A stretch of DNA of 64,000 bases from Hemiscyllium ocellatum (taxonomy: Eukaryota): contig NC_083426.1 of NCBI RefSeq assembly GCF_020745735.1, positions 12,524,001 through 12,588,000 of the forward strand, written 5' to 3'. Position numbers and translations under genes: made by a program. The notes beneath the pieces were generated by a model, which had not been told where the DNA came from, ran no database searches, and saw only the letters and a list, made by a program, of their open reading frames with translations. Shown piece by piece: positions 1-11,800 of this stretch; position 1 is the stretch's first letter, and every line of letters starts with the position of its first letter.

Positions 1-300
1 CAGATCCAGTCCAGCAGCCATGACCTTTAGGACCTGACCAGCTCAATCAATAATGTTGTTGCTGAGCCTCTTTTGGTGATGGATACTGGAACCCGCCCCC
101 ACCCAGAGTATAGTTTGTACCCTTGCCAACCTCAGTGTTTCCTTCTGTTGTTGTTCAACATGGAGGAATACTGATTCATCAGCTGAGGAGAGAGACAATG
201 TGGCAACCAGCAGGAGGATTCCTTTCCCATGTTTAACCTGGAGCCATGAGACTTCACGGGGCCCAGAGACAGTGTTGAGAATTCCCAGGGCAACTTCCTC
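1..300 (-). mobile_element. Degenerate non-LTR retrotransposon AP-endonuclease fragment (CR1/L2-like clade)
   Basis: Minus translation ...LWVGAGSSIHHQKRLSNNIID*AGQVLKVM resembles the LINE endonuclease segment LWVGDFNVHHQEWL..TD.AG.VLK. Confidence 0.5.
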
Positions 301-1289
301 CCTATTGTGTACTGAGTTTTCATCAATTTTTTTAAAATTCCAAATATATTTTATCGAATTCCATGGCATATTCAAACATGGGTCCCCAAAGCATTCATTG
401 AATTTCGAGTTTAATAGTTTAGTAATAATACCATTTGGTCATTGCCTCCCCAAATGTCTGATACCATCTGTTACATTTAGGAGCTTAACTGTTTCAGTTC
501 CTTAAAACAGAAAATCAGGCAATTGTGAGGAATTTTCAGATAGCTTATTGTACTTATTAAGAACCAGCAGTACAGATCTGATACATTGGCTAATTGGATA
601 AAAGAAAAGAGCAGACAACACATGACCATTGAAGATGATTCACTTCCATCAAGGAACACTTAGACATTGGTACAGAGTGTGTCAATCTCTTTAATGTTGT
701 GCAGGCAGCAGCTTATTCTCTGAGCAAAGTGTTCCTGAACTCTCTCCTGGGTGTTTCCTCAATCCTTGTGGAAGTTTTTTACCTTTCACTCATCAGGACA
801 TTCACGAGAAATAGAAAAGAGTAACATCTTTTTAACTGTCTCAGAAGGCTGTGATGATTGGTGCGCAGATGGAAGCGTTATCAGTGAAAATACACCAGAT
901 AATGATGATTGACTATTAACTGCCAAGTTTTGTTTACATTTCTACCAAGCAAATTGACAATGATTAGACAGAACATTGCACTGTATAATTAATAAAATAA
1001 TAGCTATCACTTCTTTAAAGAAAAAGAAGGCACAATGCAGATGTATTTTCTTTCTATCAACAAATAGAGCGCTGATTTATGTCAATATATGTCAATTCTC
1101 ATGTGGACATCTACACGACAAAGTATGTGGAACTGAACAATTTGAAATTAGTTGTCAGAGATGTTCTTTGTACACACAGAATTATTTCACAACTGTTGTG
1201 CAGTTGTGGAATCACGTGTAATGTTGGATATAGTTTTTTGATGTTTGCAAGCCTGGACTGGTCAGGACAGTCAGTATGTTGTAAAAACA

Positions 1290-1410
1290 ATGACTGCAGA
1301 TGCTGGAAACCAGATTCTTGATTAGTGGTGCTGGAAGAGCACAGCAGTTCAGGCAGCATCCAAGGAGCAGCGAAATCGACGTTTTGGGCAAAAGCCCTTC
1401 ATCAGGAACA
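1290..1410 (-). mobile_element. Penelope-derived short element with decayed hammerhead motif
   Basis: Minus strand CTGATGA-AGGGC-TTTT-GCCC-AAAA-CGTC followed by the shared gatgctgcctga...ttccagcaccact tail; G12 is mutated to A. Confidence 0.65.
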
Positions 1411-1449
1411 ACTGAAGGGATTTGCTATTTCATATGATCCACAATATGT

Positions 1450-2000
1450 CATAGAGTCATAGAGATATACAGCACAGAAACAGGCCCTTCAGTCCAACTC
1501 ATCCATGCTGACCAGATATCCTAACCTAATCTAGTCCCATTTGCCAGCACTTTATCCATATCCCTCTAAACTCTTTCTACTCACATACCCATCCAGATGC
1601 TTTTAAATGTTGTAATTGTACCAGCCTCCAACACTTCCTCTGGCAGCTAATTCTATGCACGCACCACTCTCTGTGTGAAGAAGTTACCCCTTAAATCCTC
1701 TTTAAATTTTTCCTATTTCCGCCAAAACAAAAGGTGGTGGACCCAGCACAGATCCTTGTGGCACTCCACTGGTCACAGGCCTCCAGTCTGGAAAGCAATC
1801 CTCCACCACTACCCTCTGTCTTCTACCTTCAAGCCATTTCTGTATCCAAATGGCCAGTTCTCCCCATATTCCATGAGATCTAACCTTGCTAACCAGTCTG
1901 CCAAGAGGAACCTTGTCGAATGCCTTAATGAAGTCCACATGGATCACGTCCACCATTCTGCCCTCATCAATCCTCTTTGTTACTTCTTCGAAAAACTCAA
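1450..2000 (-). mobile_element. CR1 LINE ORF2 (RT) fragment plus 3' tail, internally deleted
   Basis: ORF 1702-2046: VDVIHVDFIKAFDKVPLGRL...WRPVTSGVPQGSVLGP; tctatgac tail at about 1450-1465. Confidence 0.9.
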
Positions 2001-2581
2001 ATACTACATACTTAGTATAACACCGACATTGTAATTCATATTCCACATGATTTATTTGTGTAAGAACATTTTCAGAAAACCATTTTTTGACTTGATGGTA
2101 GCATCCTGCTTGTGATGCTTCTCATGAAGTCAGCTCTCTACACAAGAGGGGAACCTTTCTGTTAGTGAGTGTCCTACTCAGTAAGTTCAACATTTTCCAG
2201 GGCCAGTGTAAATATGGAAGTCAGCATCAAATGGTCTGAAGACAAACTTGGGATCTGTCCTCACATGTAAGCAGATAAATTCATTTTCCTTACAAAATGC
2301 CCATGGGAGCATTTAACTTTGGAAATACCTGCTGTCAGAGGAGGGCATTCGTTGAGTTCAAGAAAAATGAAAATTGCATTCACTGTGACACCAACCCACT
2401 GCCAGGTTATAGTCAGGGCAGTCCTTGCTGCACCATTCAGTTTGAGGACTAGGAGTGGAGCTGGAGGTAACAACACAAATCGTTGAAGAATTTCTCAAAA
2501 TAGGGTCGTGCTTCACAGATGAAATTAAATTGCAATGTAAGAAGAAGAAATGTTCATCACAAATCCACATGAATAGATTTT

Positions 2582-2872
2582 TTAACATTTAACATTAGCA
2601 TAAATTGCCATTTCAGATTCTGAAGAATTCTCTGTTGTTGAAGAGACCACATTGTCCTCTGGAAGCTGGCTCTGAACCAGGGCATTGCCCCTGTTAGCTG
2701 AACAACTTGATGTCTCACCACTCCGTGCTGATGACTTCTTTTGAAAGTGTAAATCTGCATATACGACTCCATTTGTAGTATTCTTGAAATGGACAGTTCC
2801 TTCACTCTGTCTTGACCTGATTTGATTGTGAATACTTGAATATACAATGTTCTCTTCTGCTCCTACCATTTG
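2582..2872 (-). CDS. Gene AB terminal exon: cytoplasmic tail with ITIMs
   Basis: Acceptor ttttag|CAA (phase 0); QMVGAEENIVYSSI...VVYADL...AIYANVKC*. IVYSSI (2831-2848) and VVYADL (2750-2767) fit the ITIM consensus. Confidence 0.9.
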   Translation of the reverse strand, partial: QMVGAEENIVYSSIHNQIRSRQSEGTVHFKNTTNGVVYADLHFQKKSSARSGETSSCSANRGNALVQSQLPEDNVVSSTTENSSESEMAIYANVKC

Positions 2873-5800
2873 CTAAAACAAAAACACAAAGTTTGAATTC
2901 ATTTTTGATTAATGGTGATTTGTGTTCCTATGAAGGGAAATCTATTTTTGGATTATCATAAATTAATTGACAAACTGTTACAAGTTTTATAAGCTATCCA
3001 GCGATAAAACAAACAATTCGGTCTGGTAAGTTCATCGACACAAACCTGTTCACATTAGTCTTCATTTAAAACAATGGGTTGTGCTGTCAGTCCTTTCCAG
3101 CTCGTGTGCTGATGTGAAGTGGCAGTTAGGCAGGGAGGCAGTCAGTGTAGACAACAGCATATATATTCACAAAGGGATACACTGACAGACTACGTGAATG
3201 GGCAATATTGTGACAGGTGGAGTTCAATGTCAGCAAGTGTGAGTTTGTCCATTTTGGAATGAGATAGGATCGATCAGGATACTTTCTGGATGACATGAAG
3301 TTAAATATAATGGATGACAAAAGAAAGCTGGGAGTTCAAAGACCTTTAAAATGTCAAGTAAATCATCAAGGAAGCTAACAGAATGTTGACCTTTATGTCT
3401 AGGGTGGCACAGTGGCTCAGTAGTTAGCACTGTCGCTTCACAGAGCTAGGGACATGGATTCGATTCCCACCTCAGGCAACTGTCTGTGTGGAATTAGACA
3501 CCTTCTCCCCATATCTGTGTGAGTTTCCTTTCAAAGTCTAAAGTTGTGCAGGCCAGGTGAATTGGCCATTTTAAGTTGCCCATAGTGTTAGCTGCATTAG
3601 TCAGAGGGAAATGGGTCAGGGTGGGTTACTCTTCGAGGGTTGGTGTGGACTTGCTGGACCAAAGGGCCGGTTTCCACACTGGAGGGAATCTAACTTAATT
3701 TGGACGACAAGGATGCAGAAGTCGTGCAACACTTATACAAAATCCTGATTAGTTCCCACTTGGAGACTCTGAGCAGATCTTGGCACTCTACCTCCGGAAG
3801 GTTATTTTGGCGTTGGAGGGAATACAACGCAGGTTTACAAGAACATGACCTAGAAGTTTGGGGTTAAGTTATGAGGAGGTTTGCAGAAATTTATGTCTGT
3901 TTTCTTTCAAATTTAGAAGGGTAATTGGTGATCTGATTGAAATCTCAGGATATTAAAAGGACAAAGCTGGGTAGATAAAGATTAACTATTCCCACTATTT
4001 GAATTAGTGGGGATTGGATTAGATTCTCTACAATGTAGGGATAAGCCCTTTGACCCAACAAGTCCACATCGATCCTCCAAAGAGTAACTCACCCAGACCC
4101 ATTCTCCTCTGACTAATGCATCTAACACTATGGGCAATTTAGCATGGCCAATTCACCTAGCCTGCACATCTTTGGACTGTGGGCAGAAACCAGAGCACCT
4201 GGAAGAAACCCACGCAGTCATGGGGAGAATGTGCAAACTCCATACAGACAGTCACCTGAGGCTGGAATCAAACCTGGGTTCCTACTGCTTTGAGGCAGCA
4301 GTGCTCACCACTGAGCCACAATGCCACCCTTAATGTGAGAATTAGGGCCAGACCATTTGGGAGAGATATTCAAAATCACTTCTACATACAAAGGGTGGTG
4401 GATGTTTGGAATTCTGATTGAAGAAGCCCAAGTGAAGGATGAAAACATGCAACTCATACAAAGAGGAGTGTGTCGTCATGGTGACTAGTGGAAGTAGATA
4501 CTGGGGGAAAATACCATGAGGATTGATAGTATTTTCTTTTCCTTAATGTTTTTCTGATTTTCTATGATTACATTGAACCCGACAGAAACAGATACAAATG
4601 CAGGTTGAAAAGTGTCAGCAAATACAAAGTCATGATTAAGTGCTTAACTAAGCCTAATTTTTAATCGTAAAGACGACTCAATGTTTTTTACGCCCATCAA
4701 TTAGAATGTTCAAACTTTCACCAAGCTAGAAGCTAGTTCAGTCAGTAGCATGAATACATTTAAGGAGAATCTCAAGAAAGACAAGAGACAAAAAAGTGAG
4801 AGGCTTCTGTTGTTCGGGTTAGTTGGAGATGGGTGGGGGGAATGTTGGTGTTGAGTGTCCAGCAGGGACCAGGTGTGCTGATTGGCCTGTTTCTGTGCTG
4901 CTAGTTCATTATGTTAATTTATGATTATTATTCAAAAAATTCAAACTTGATCTCCTTACCTGATTCTCGAAAGCATTATCTGTTCCAGCACCTACACCAT
5001 CATTACCTGAAAAATTACACCATAATTGAAATATCTGGAATAGGGATAATGGATATTTGCAAAAATGCAAAACTGATGACATGTTGCAGCCTGACATTGA
5101 TTTGTTCACTTCTTCTTCTTAAATTCTGTGCGTGAAGGCATTGGGGTTACTTAACCTGTTTGGCTGCTGTGTTATGAACATCCTTCCTTTCCATCAAATC
5201 TCAGAGTGGGATTTGATGTGAAGAGGCAGGGATGCTGTTATTGCCTTACAAGACCTCCGATTCATCACCATAAAAAGGCAAGTAGTATTTTATATTTTGT
5301 TGCGAAGGGATTAGTGTAACATATGGGGAAGCAGTGAATCCATAGTGGCCGTGCTGTTTGTAGTATTGGGCTCCGCGAAGGGCCCACTTATCCTTGGGTT
5401 CGCTATTCCGGATGGAAATTGTTTTACAAGGAGGGCTTGAGTAGGATGAGCTTATATTCCCTGGCATTTTGATGATTGAAAAGTAACAACATTGAAATGT
5501 CTAAAATTCTGAAGGAACTTAGAATCATAGCATCTATGATATCTGCAGTGGGGAAGCAGATGGGTCCACACCAACCCTCCGAAGACCATCCCACCCAGAC
5601 CCATACACCCTTCTCTATTACTGTAACTCTGAAAATCCCATGGGTAATCCATTCAGCCTGCACATACCTGGACAAGGAAACATGGCCAACCCACTAAACC
5701 TGCACATCTTTGAACTGGATGAGGAAGCTGGAGCACCGAGAGAAAACCCTTGCAGACGGGGAGAACATGCAAACTCCACACAGTTACCCGAGGCTGGAAT

Positions 5801-8800
5801 CAAGCCTAGGTCTCTAGTGCTGTGTGAGGCAGCAGTGCTAACGACTGAGCCACCACGCCAGACTTGACAGGCAAACGTTGATAAAGTGTTTTTTTTTGGC
5901 TGGGGCTTCTGGAGCTGAGTGTCACGGTCTCAGAATAAAGGATGGGCCAAATTAGGACTGAGATTGGGCGAAATGTATTCACACAAAGATGAGTGAAACT
6001 TCAGAAGCCTCTCCCCAGACAGTTGTGAACACTCAGATACTGGGTGTATTGAAAGCTGAAACCAATAGATTGTTGGGAACTTATGGAATTCAGGCATTCA
6101 TAGGAAAAGACCACTCACTGAGAGATTTCCCCTTAAATAAACAGAAATAGTAGAGAAAGAATCATCTTGGCCTTAACAGAGATCTACTTGACAGTAAACT
6201 AAACCTCATTAGATTTTATAAAATACAGAGCTGCAGATGCTGGAGATCTGGAAAAAACCTGAGGTTGCTGGAGAAGCTGAGCAGGTCTGGCAGATGAAGA
6301 TGAAGAGACACTGGACCCAAAATGTTAACTCTGCTTTCTTCCCACAAATGCTGGCACACCTACTGAGTTTTCCATCAGATTTTACCCTGACAAGATCCTA
6401 CAGAGAATCCAGAACCAACCTGGGCAATCAGTCAATATTGGGCATCTGACTCTCCATCTAATTCTCTTAAAGAGGAAGTACTGCTCCTGAAATTGACTGC
6501 AACTGATTACTGTTGGATCAAATGGGAGAAATTCCACTTATGAAGTCCTCAATACTTGCAATTGTAATGTACATATTTCAACAATATGTTACATCAAGGT
6601 CTATCTAAATTTCAATTGACCAAATCACTTCCTGTCATTCACTTCTGTCAGTCTAAACCAATGTAGACGTCTCCTTCCTCCAGACTCCACCTCTTATTAG
6701 CGAGAAACATTAATTATTATTCTTCTAGGTTATATCCATCTGGACCAGAACGTGGAACAAGTTACTCCAATTTATTAATTAATGTTTGCTATTTACAATG
6801 AATTACAATTCATATAGCAAGCGATTGACATTTCATGAAATGATTAAGGAGAAAGCGACACTTACCCTTCTTAACTTGCCTCAGGTACAAAAGCAGAGAA
6901 ACAGCAAAAACAATGATCATGGCCCCCAGTGCACCGACCCCAATGTAAACCAGACTGTGATACAGAGAACAGGAAAGGGTCCGTGTGGGTTCACAATTGG
7001 TTCTTGGGCACTTGTTTAAAGAAAGGAGGCTTTAACATTTATATAGCACCTTTCATGACGTTTGAATGGCCCTCAGCATTTTACAGTTAAGGAAGTACTT
7101 TTGAGTGTTTGATGGTGTCTGAAACAGGAGATGAAGTGCATAATATCTGGAGAAAAATCTCATGAGTAACAATGAGATCTGACCAAATAAATATTAGCCA
7201 GATCTTTAGCAGAGTTCCTTATTTGTTTTTTCCAAACATATGGTCTGACTTGCTGCGTGCATCCACCACTCTCTATTTCTGTTTAATTTTCACTTCTCAT
7301 TTCCATTGTGTTTGATATTTTGTTTCTTTGTACTCTGTTAGAATCATTGGAAGTTCAAAGACTCAATTTCTCAGTGTTTATAACAGACGACAATTTCTGA
7401 TACTTACTGTCAGCAGCTTGAGCAAATAGCGTGGAAATATGAAGTGAATTCTGCAAAACGAGTATGTGAATCACAAATGAAAATGGAAAGATCTCCATCA
7501 AGCATTGACTTAACATGACACAAGGTCCAGCTGCCACCAGATAAACACCCAGTTGTTTCACAATTGGCTGACTGTGAAAATAGGCATGATTTGGAGATGC
7601 CGGCTATAAATTCTGTGTTACGATTGAGCCCTCCACAATCACCTGATGAAGGAGCGTCGCTCCGAAAGCTAATGTGCTTCCAATTAAACCTGTTGGACTA
7701 TAACTTGGTGTTGTGTGAATTTTAACTGTGAAAATAGGACTCACCATCTCCATGGACTTCAGTAAGGTGTTTGATAAGGTTCCACATGGTAGGCTGTGGA
7801 GAAAGTGAAGTCGCATAGGTTCCAGGGTGTACTAGCTAGATAGATAAAGAACTGCCTAGGCAACAGGCGACTAAGAGTAGTAGTGAAAAGGAGTTTCTCA
7901 AAGTGGAGACCTGTGACCAGTGGTGTTCCACAGGGATCCGTGCTGGGACCACTGTTGTTTGTGATATACATAAATGATCTGGAGGAAGGTACTGGTGGTC
8001 TGATTAGCAAGTTTGCAGTTGACACTAAGATTGATGGAGTAGCAGATAGTGAAGGGGACTGCCAGAGAATACAGCAGAATATAGATAGATTGGAAAGTTG
8101 GACAAAGAAATGCCAGATTGAGTTCAATCTGGGCAAATGCGAGGTGATGCATTTTGGAAGATCCAATTCAAGAGTGAACTGTACAGTAAATGGAAAAGGG
8201 CAAAAGTGAGGACTACAGGTGCTGTTGATCAGAGTCGGGATTGGAGTGATGCTGGAGGAGCACAGCAGGCCAGGCAGCATACGAGGAGCAGGAAAATTGA
8301 TGTTTTAGGCATAAGCCCTTCATCAGGAATGAGGCAGAGAGCCTCCGGGGTGGAGAGATAAATGGGAGGGCGGTGGGGCTGGGAGAAGATAGCTGAGAGT
8401 GCAATAGGTGGATGGAGGTTGGGATGAACATGATAGGTCAGAGAGGATGGTGGATCGGATGGGTGGGAAGGACGGTTAGCACGTAGGACTGGGCATAAGA
8501 ATAGCCTGAGTTGGCAGGTTGGAACTGGGGTAAGTGGGGGAGGGGAAATGAGGAAAATGAGGAAAAGTCCTTGGGAAAATTGATGTAAAGAGAGATCTGG
8601 GTGTTCAGGTCCATTGTATCCTGAAGGTGGCAATGCAGGTCAATAGAGTGGTCATGAAGGCTTACAGCTTGCTTACCTTCATCCGACGGGTTATTGAGTA
8701 CAACAGTCGGCAGGTCATGTTACAGTTGTATAAGACTTAGGTTCGGTCATGTTTGGAATACTGCATACAGTTCTGTCGCCACATTACCAAATGGATGTGG

Positions 8801-11800
8801 ATGCTTTGGAGAGGGTGGAGAGAAGGTTGACCAGGATGTTGCCTGGAATGGAGGACACTAGCTATGAAGGGAGGTTGAGTAGATTAGCATTATTTTCATT
8901 AGAAAGACGTAGGTTGATGGGTGACCTGATTGAGGTCTACAAAATCATGAGAGGTACAGACCGGGTGGATAGCAAGAAGCTTGTTCCCAGAGTGGGAGAT
9001 TCAGTTACTGGGGGGCTCACGAGTTCAAAGTGAGAGGGGAAAAGTTTGAGGGAGATGTGCAGGGAAAGTCCTTCACATAGAGGGTGGTGCATGCTGGGAT
9101 GCATTGCCAGTGGAGGTGGTAGAGGTGGGCATGATAGTGTCATTTAAGATGTATCTAGACAGATACATGAATGGGCAGGGAGCAAAGGGGATCACACCCT
9201 TAGAAAATAGGTATCAGGTTTAGATAGAGGATCTGGATCAGTGCAGGCTTGGAGGGCTGAAGGGCCTGTTCCTGTGCTGTAATTTTCTTTATTCTTTGTT
9301 CTTCTTTGACAGAGTCATAGATAGAATCATAGAATCACAGCATGGAAACAGACCTTCAGTCCAACTCATTCACACTGACCAGACATCCCGAGTTGCATTT
9401 GCCAGCATTTGGCCCATATCGCTCTAAACCCTTCCTATTCATATATCCATCCAGATGCCTTTTAAATGTGATCATTGTACCCACCTCCACTACTTCCTCT
9501 GACAGTGTTCTGTACCTGCACTGCCCTCTGCATGAAAAAGTTGCCCCTTAGATCCTTGTTAAATCTTTCCTCTTTCATCTTAAACCTATGTCCTTCAGTT
9601 TTGGACTCCCCCACCCAAGGGAATAGACCGTGGCTATTCACGTATCCATGGCCCTCACAACTTTATAATCCTCTGTAAGGTCATCCCTCAGCCTCCAAAG
9701 CTTCAAGGAATAAAGTTCCAGCCTATTCAACTCTCCATCAAACTTAAACCCTCCAGTCTCAGCAACATTCTTTACTGCATCCACTCACGTTTAACAAATC
9801 CTTCCTGTCGACATACTATGACAACGTCAACATCTGAGGGATCTATTTCGAACATCTTGTCACCATTACTCACAATCACCTAATGTCTTGTACCAGCCAA
9901 AAGGACGCATCAAATACCATCATGTGAACAGACCTCCTCAAAACAATATTCCATTCTGCCATGATAATATATTTTTGTTTCTTTGATAGAAATGTATATG
10001 ATTGCAACATTTGAAAGGCATCTGATGAATATATGAATAGGAAGGGTTTAGAGGGATATGGGCCCAATGCTGGTAAATAGGACTAGGTCAGATTGGGATG
10101 TCTGGTCAGCACAGACGAGTTGGACTAAAGGATCTGTCTCTAAGCTGTATGAGTCTATGACTCTATCTATGACTCTGCACTGTAAGGTACCTGGTATCTC
10201 CTACACCACATTGAGAATACCATCAAGACGAAGGCCTCCTCACTGCAAATTTGACCAAAGTTGACCAGGTGTTCCTCCCAAGTGACACCAAGGTTGAGCA
10301 GATTTATTAACACACAGAGAAACAACATTTCCTCAGTACCACACCGGGGTGGAAAAGGGCAAGGTCAATGTGACATTCACAGTCTTCATGAAATCCTATC
10401 AAGGTAGTAGTGAAGTAATTGTGATGAATAATGGATCTGAGGGCCAGCAACCTGCAGCTGTTTTCCACTTGTTCTTGTTTCCAACACAAATATCACAATT
10501 TGTTGAGAAGCTAATGCCACAGCCTGATGTCAATCCAGCCCCATTTCCATTCTGAGAGTTATGTCGTGAAATAGTAAATGATTTCCATCCCGAATAACAA
10601 AACAGTTTTCTAGAGGATTTAATCTATCACATGGAAGTCATCAAACACTAACGTTGAGATAGTCGTACCTTATACCAAGTTGAGACGTGATGTTTGAATT
10701 TGTAGTTGTCGATGATACTGTTGAAATTTTATAACAGTCATCAGCTCCTATTGTAACAAAGGAATAACATTCAGATTAACCTTTTTTTGCTATAGTTAAC
10801 CAAAAGAGCAACATTGTAAGATTGGAAGAAACGCCTGTCTGATACAATGGATTTGGAAAGTATAATCTCAGTGTGATGTCCACCCCCTCACCAGCCGGGT
10901 GTTCCCACTGTGACCTGTCAGTGACCCATCTTTCACGGTCGTTTCTAATTGTTTCCCATATGTCACAGATGGGAGCACAGCATTACCTACTGAGCCTGTT
11001 AAAGGACTCCATTCCCAACATCCCCTTTGTGTCCTCTGCAAACGCATAATTCCAGCCAGAGAACTGTCACTCCTCATCACTCGAGGAGGTGATGACCAAG
11101 TGGTGTTATTGCTAGACTATTAATCCAGAGAGGCGAAAGTGAGTAGTGCAGATGCTGGAGATGAGAGTCAGGATTAGAGTGGTGCTGGAAAAGCACAGGA
11201 CGTTAGGCAGCATCCTTGATGGTAGGCTTTTGCTCAAAACATCAATTTTCCTGCTCCTCAGATGCTGCCTGACCTGCTGTACTTTTCCAGTACACCACTC
11301 TAATCTTGACTATTAATTCAGAGACTCAGCAATGCTGTGGGGAGCTGGTTTTAAACCCTGCCATGCAGATAGTGGAATTCCAGTGTCATCAAACAAAAGA
11401 AACTGGAATTAAAAGTCTGATAGAGATCACAAATCTGTTGTCGATTGTCAGGAAACAACCATCGGGTTCTGATGTCCTTGAGGGAAAGGAACTGCCATCC
11501 TTACCTGATCTAACCTACATGTGACTCCAGACCTACAGCAATGTGGCTGACTCTGAACAATTCAGAATGGGAAATAAATGTTGGCTTAGTCAGTGACACC
11601 TACATTCAGTGAATGAATAAAATATTCACCAGAAAATGTTTTTCTGGAGACCTAATAACTTTGATTCTGGCCATGATGGAAAAGGAGCTTCAGCTGCACA
11701 CTGTATGTGGAGGGAAATATTAGACCAGGAATTACTGCCTTCAGTGTCAGTGACCAAATAACCAATATTCATTCGATATTCCCCTGATCAGATCTTATTG

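Noticed and set aside
3402-3480. tRNA-like A/B boxes at SINE heads (several copies)
   Set aside because: They continue into SINE cores and CR1-like tails and I could not fold a full cloverleaf; not tRNA genes.
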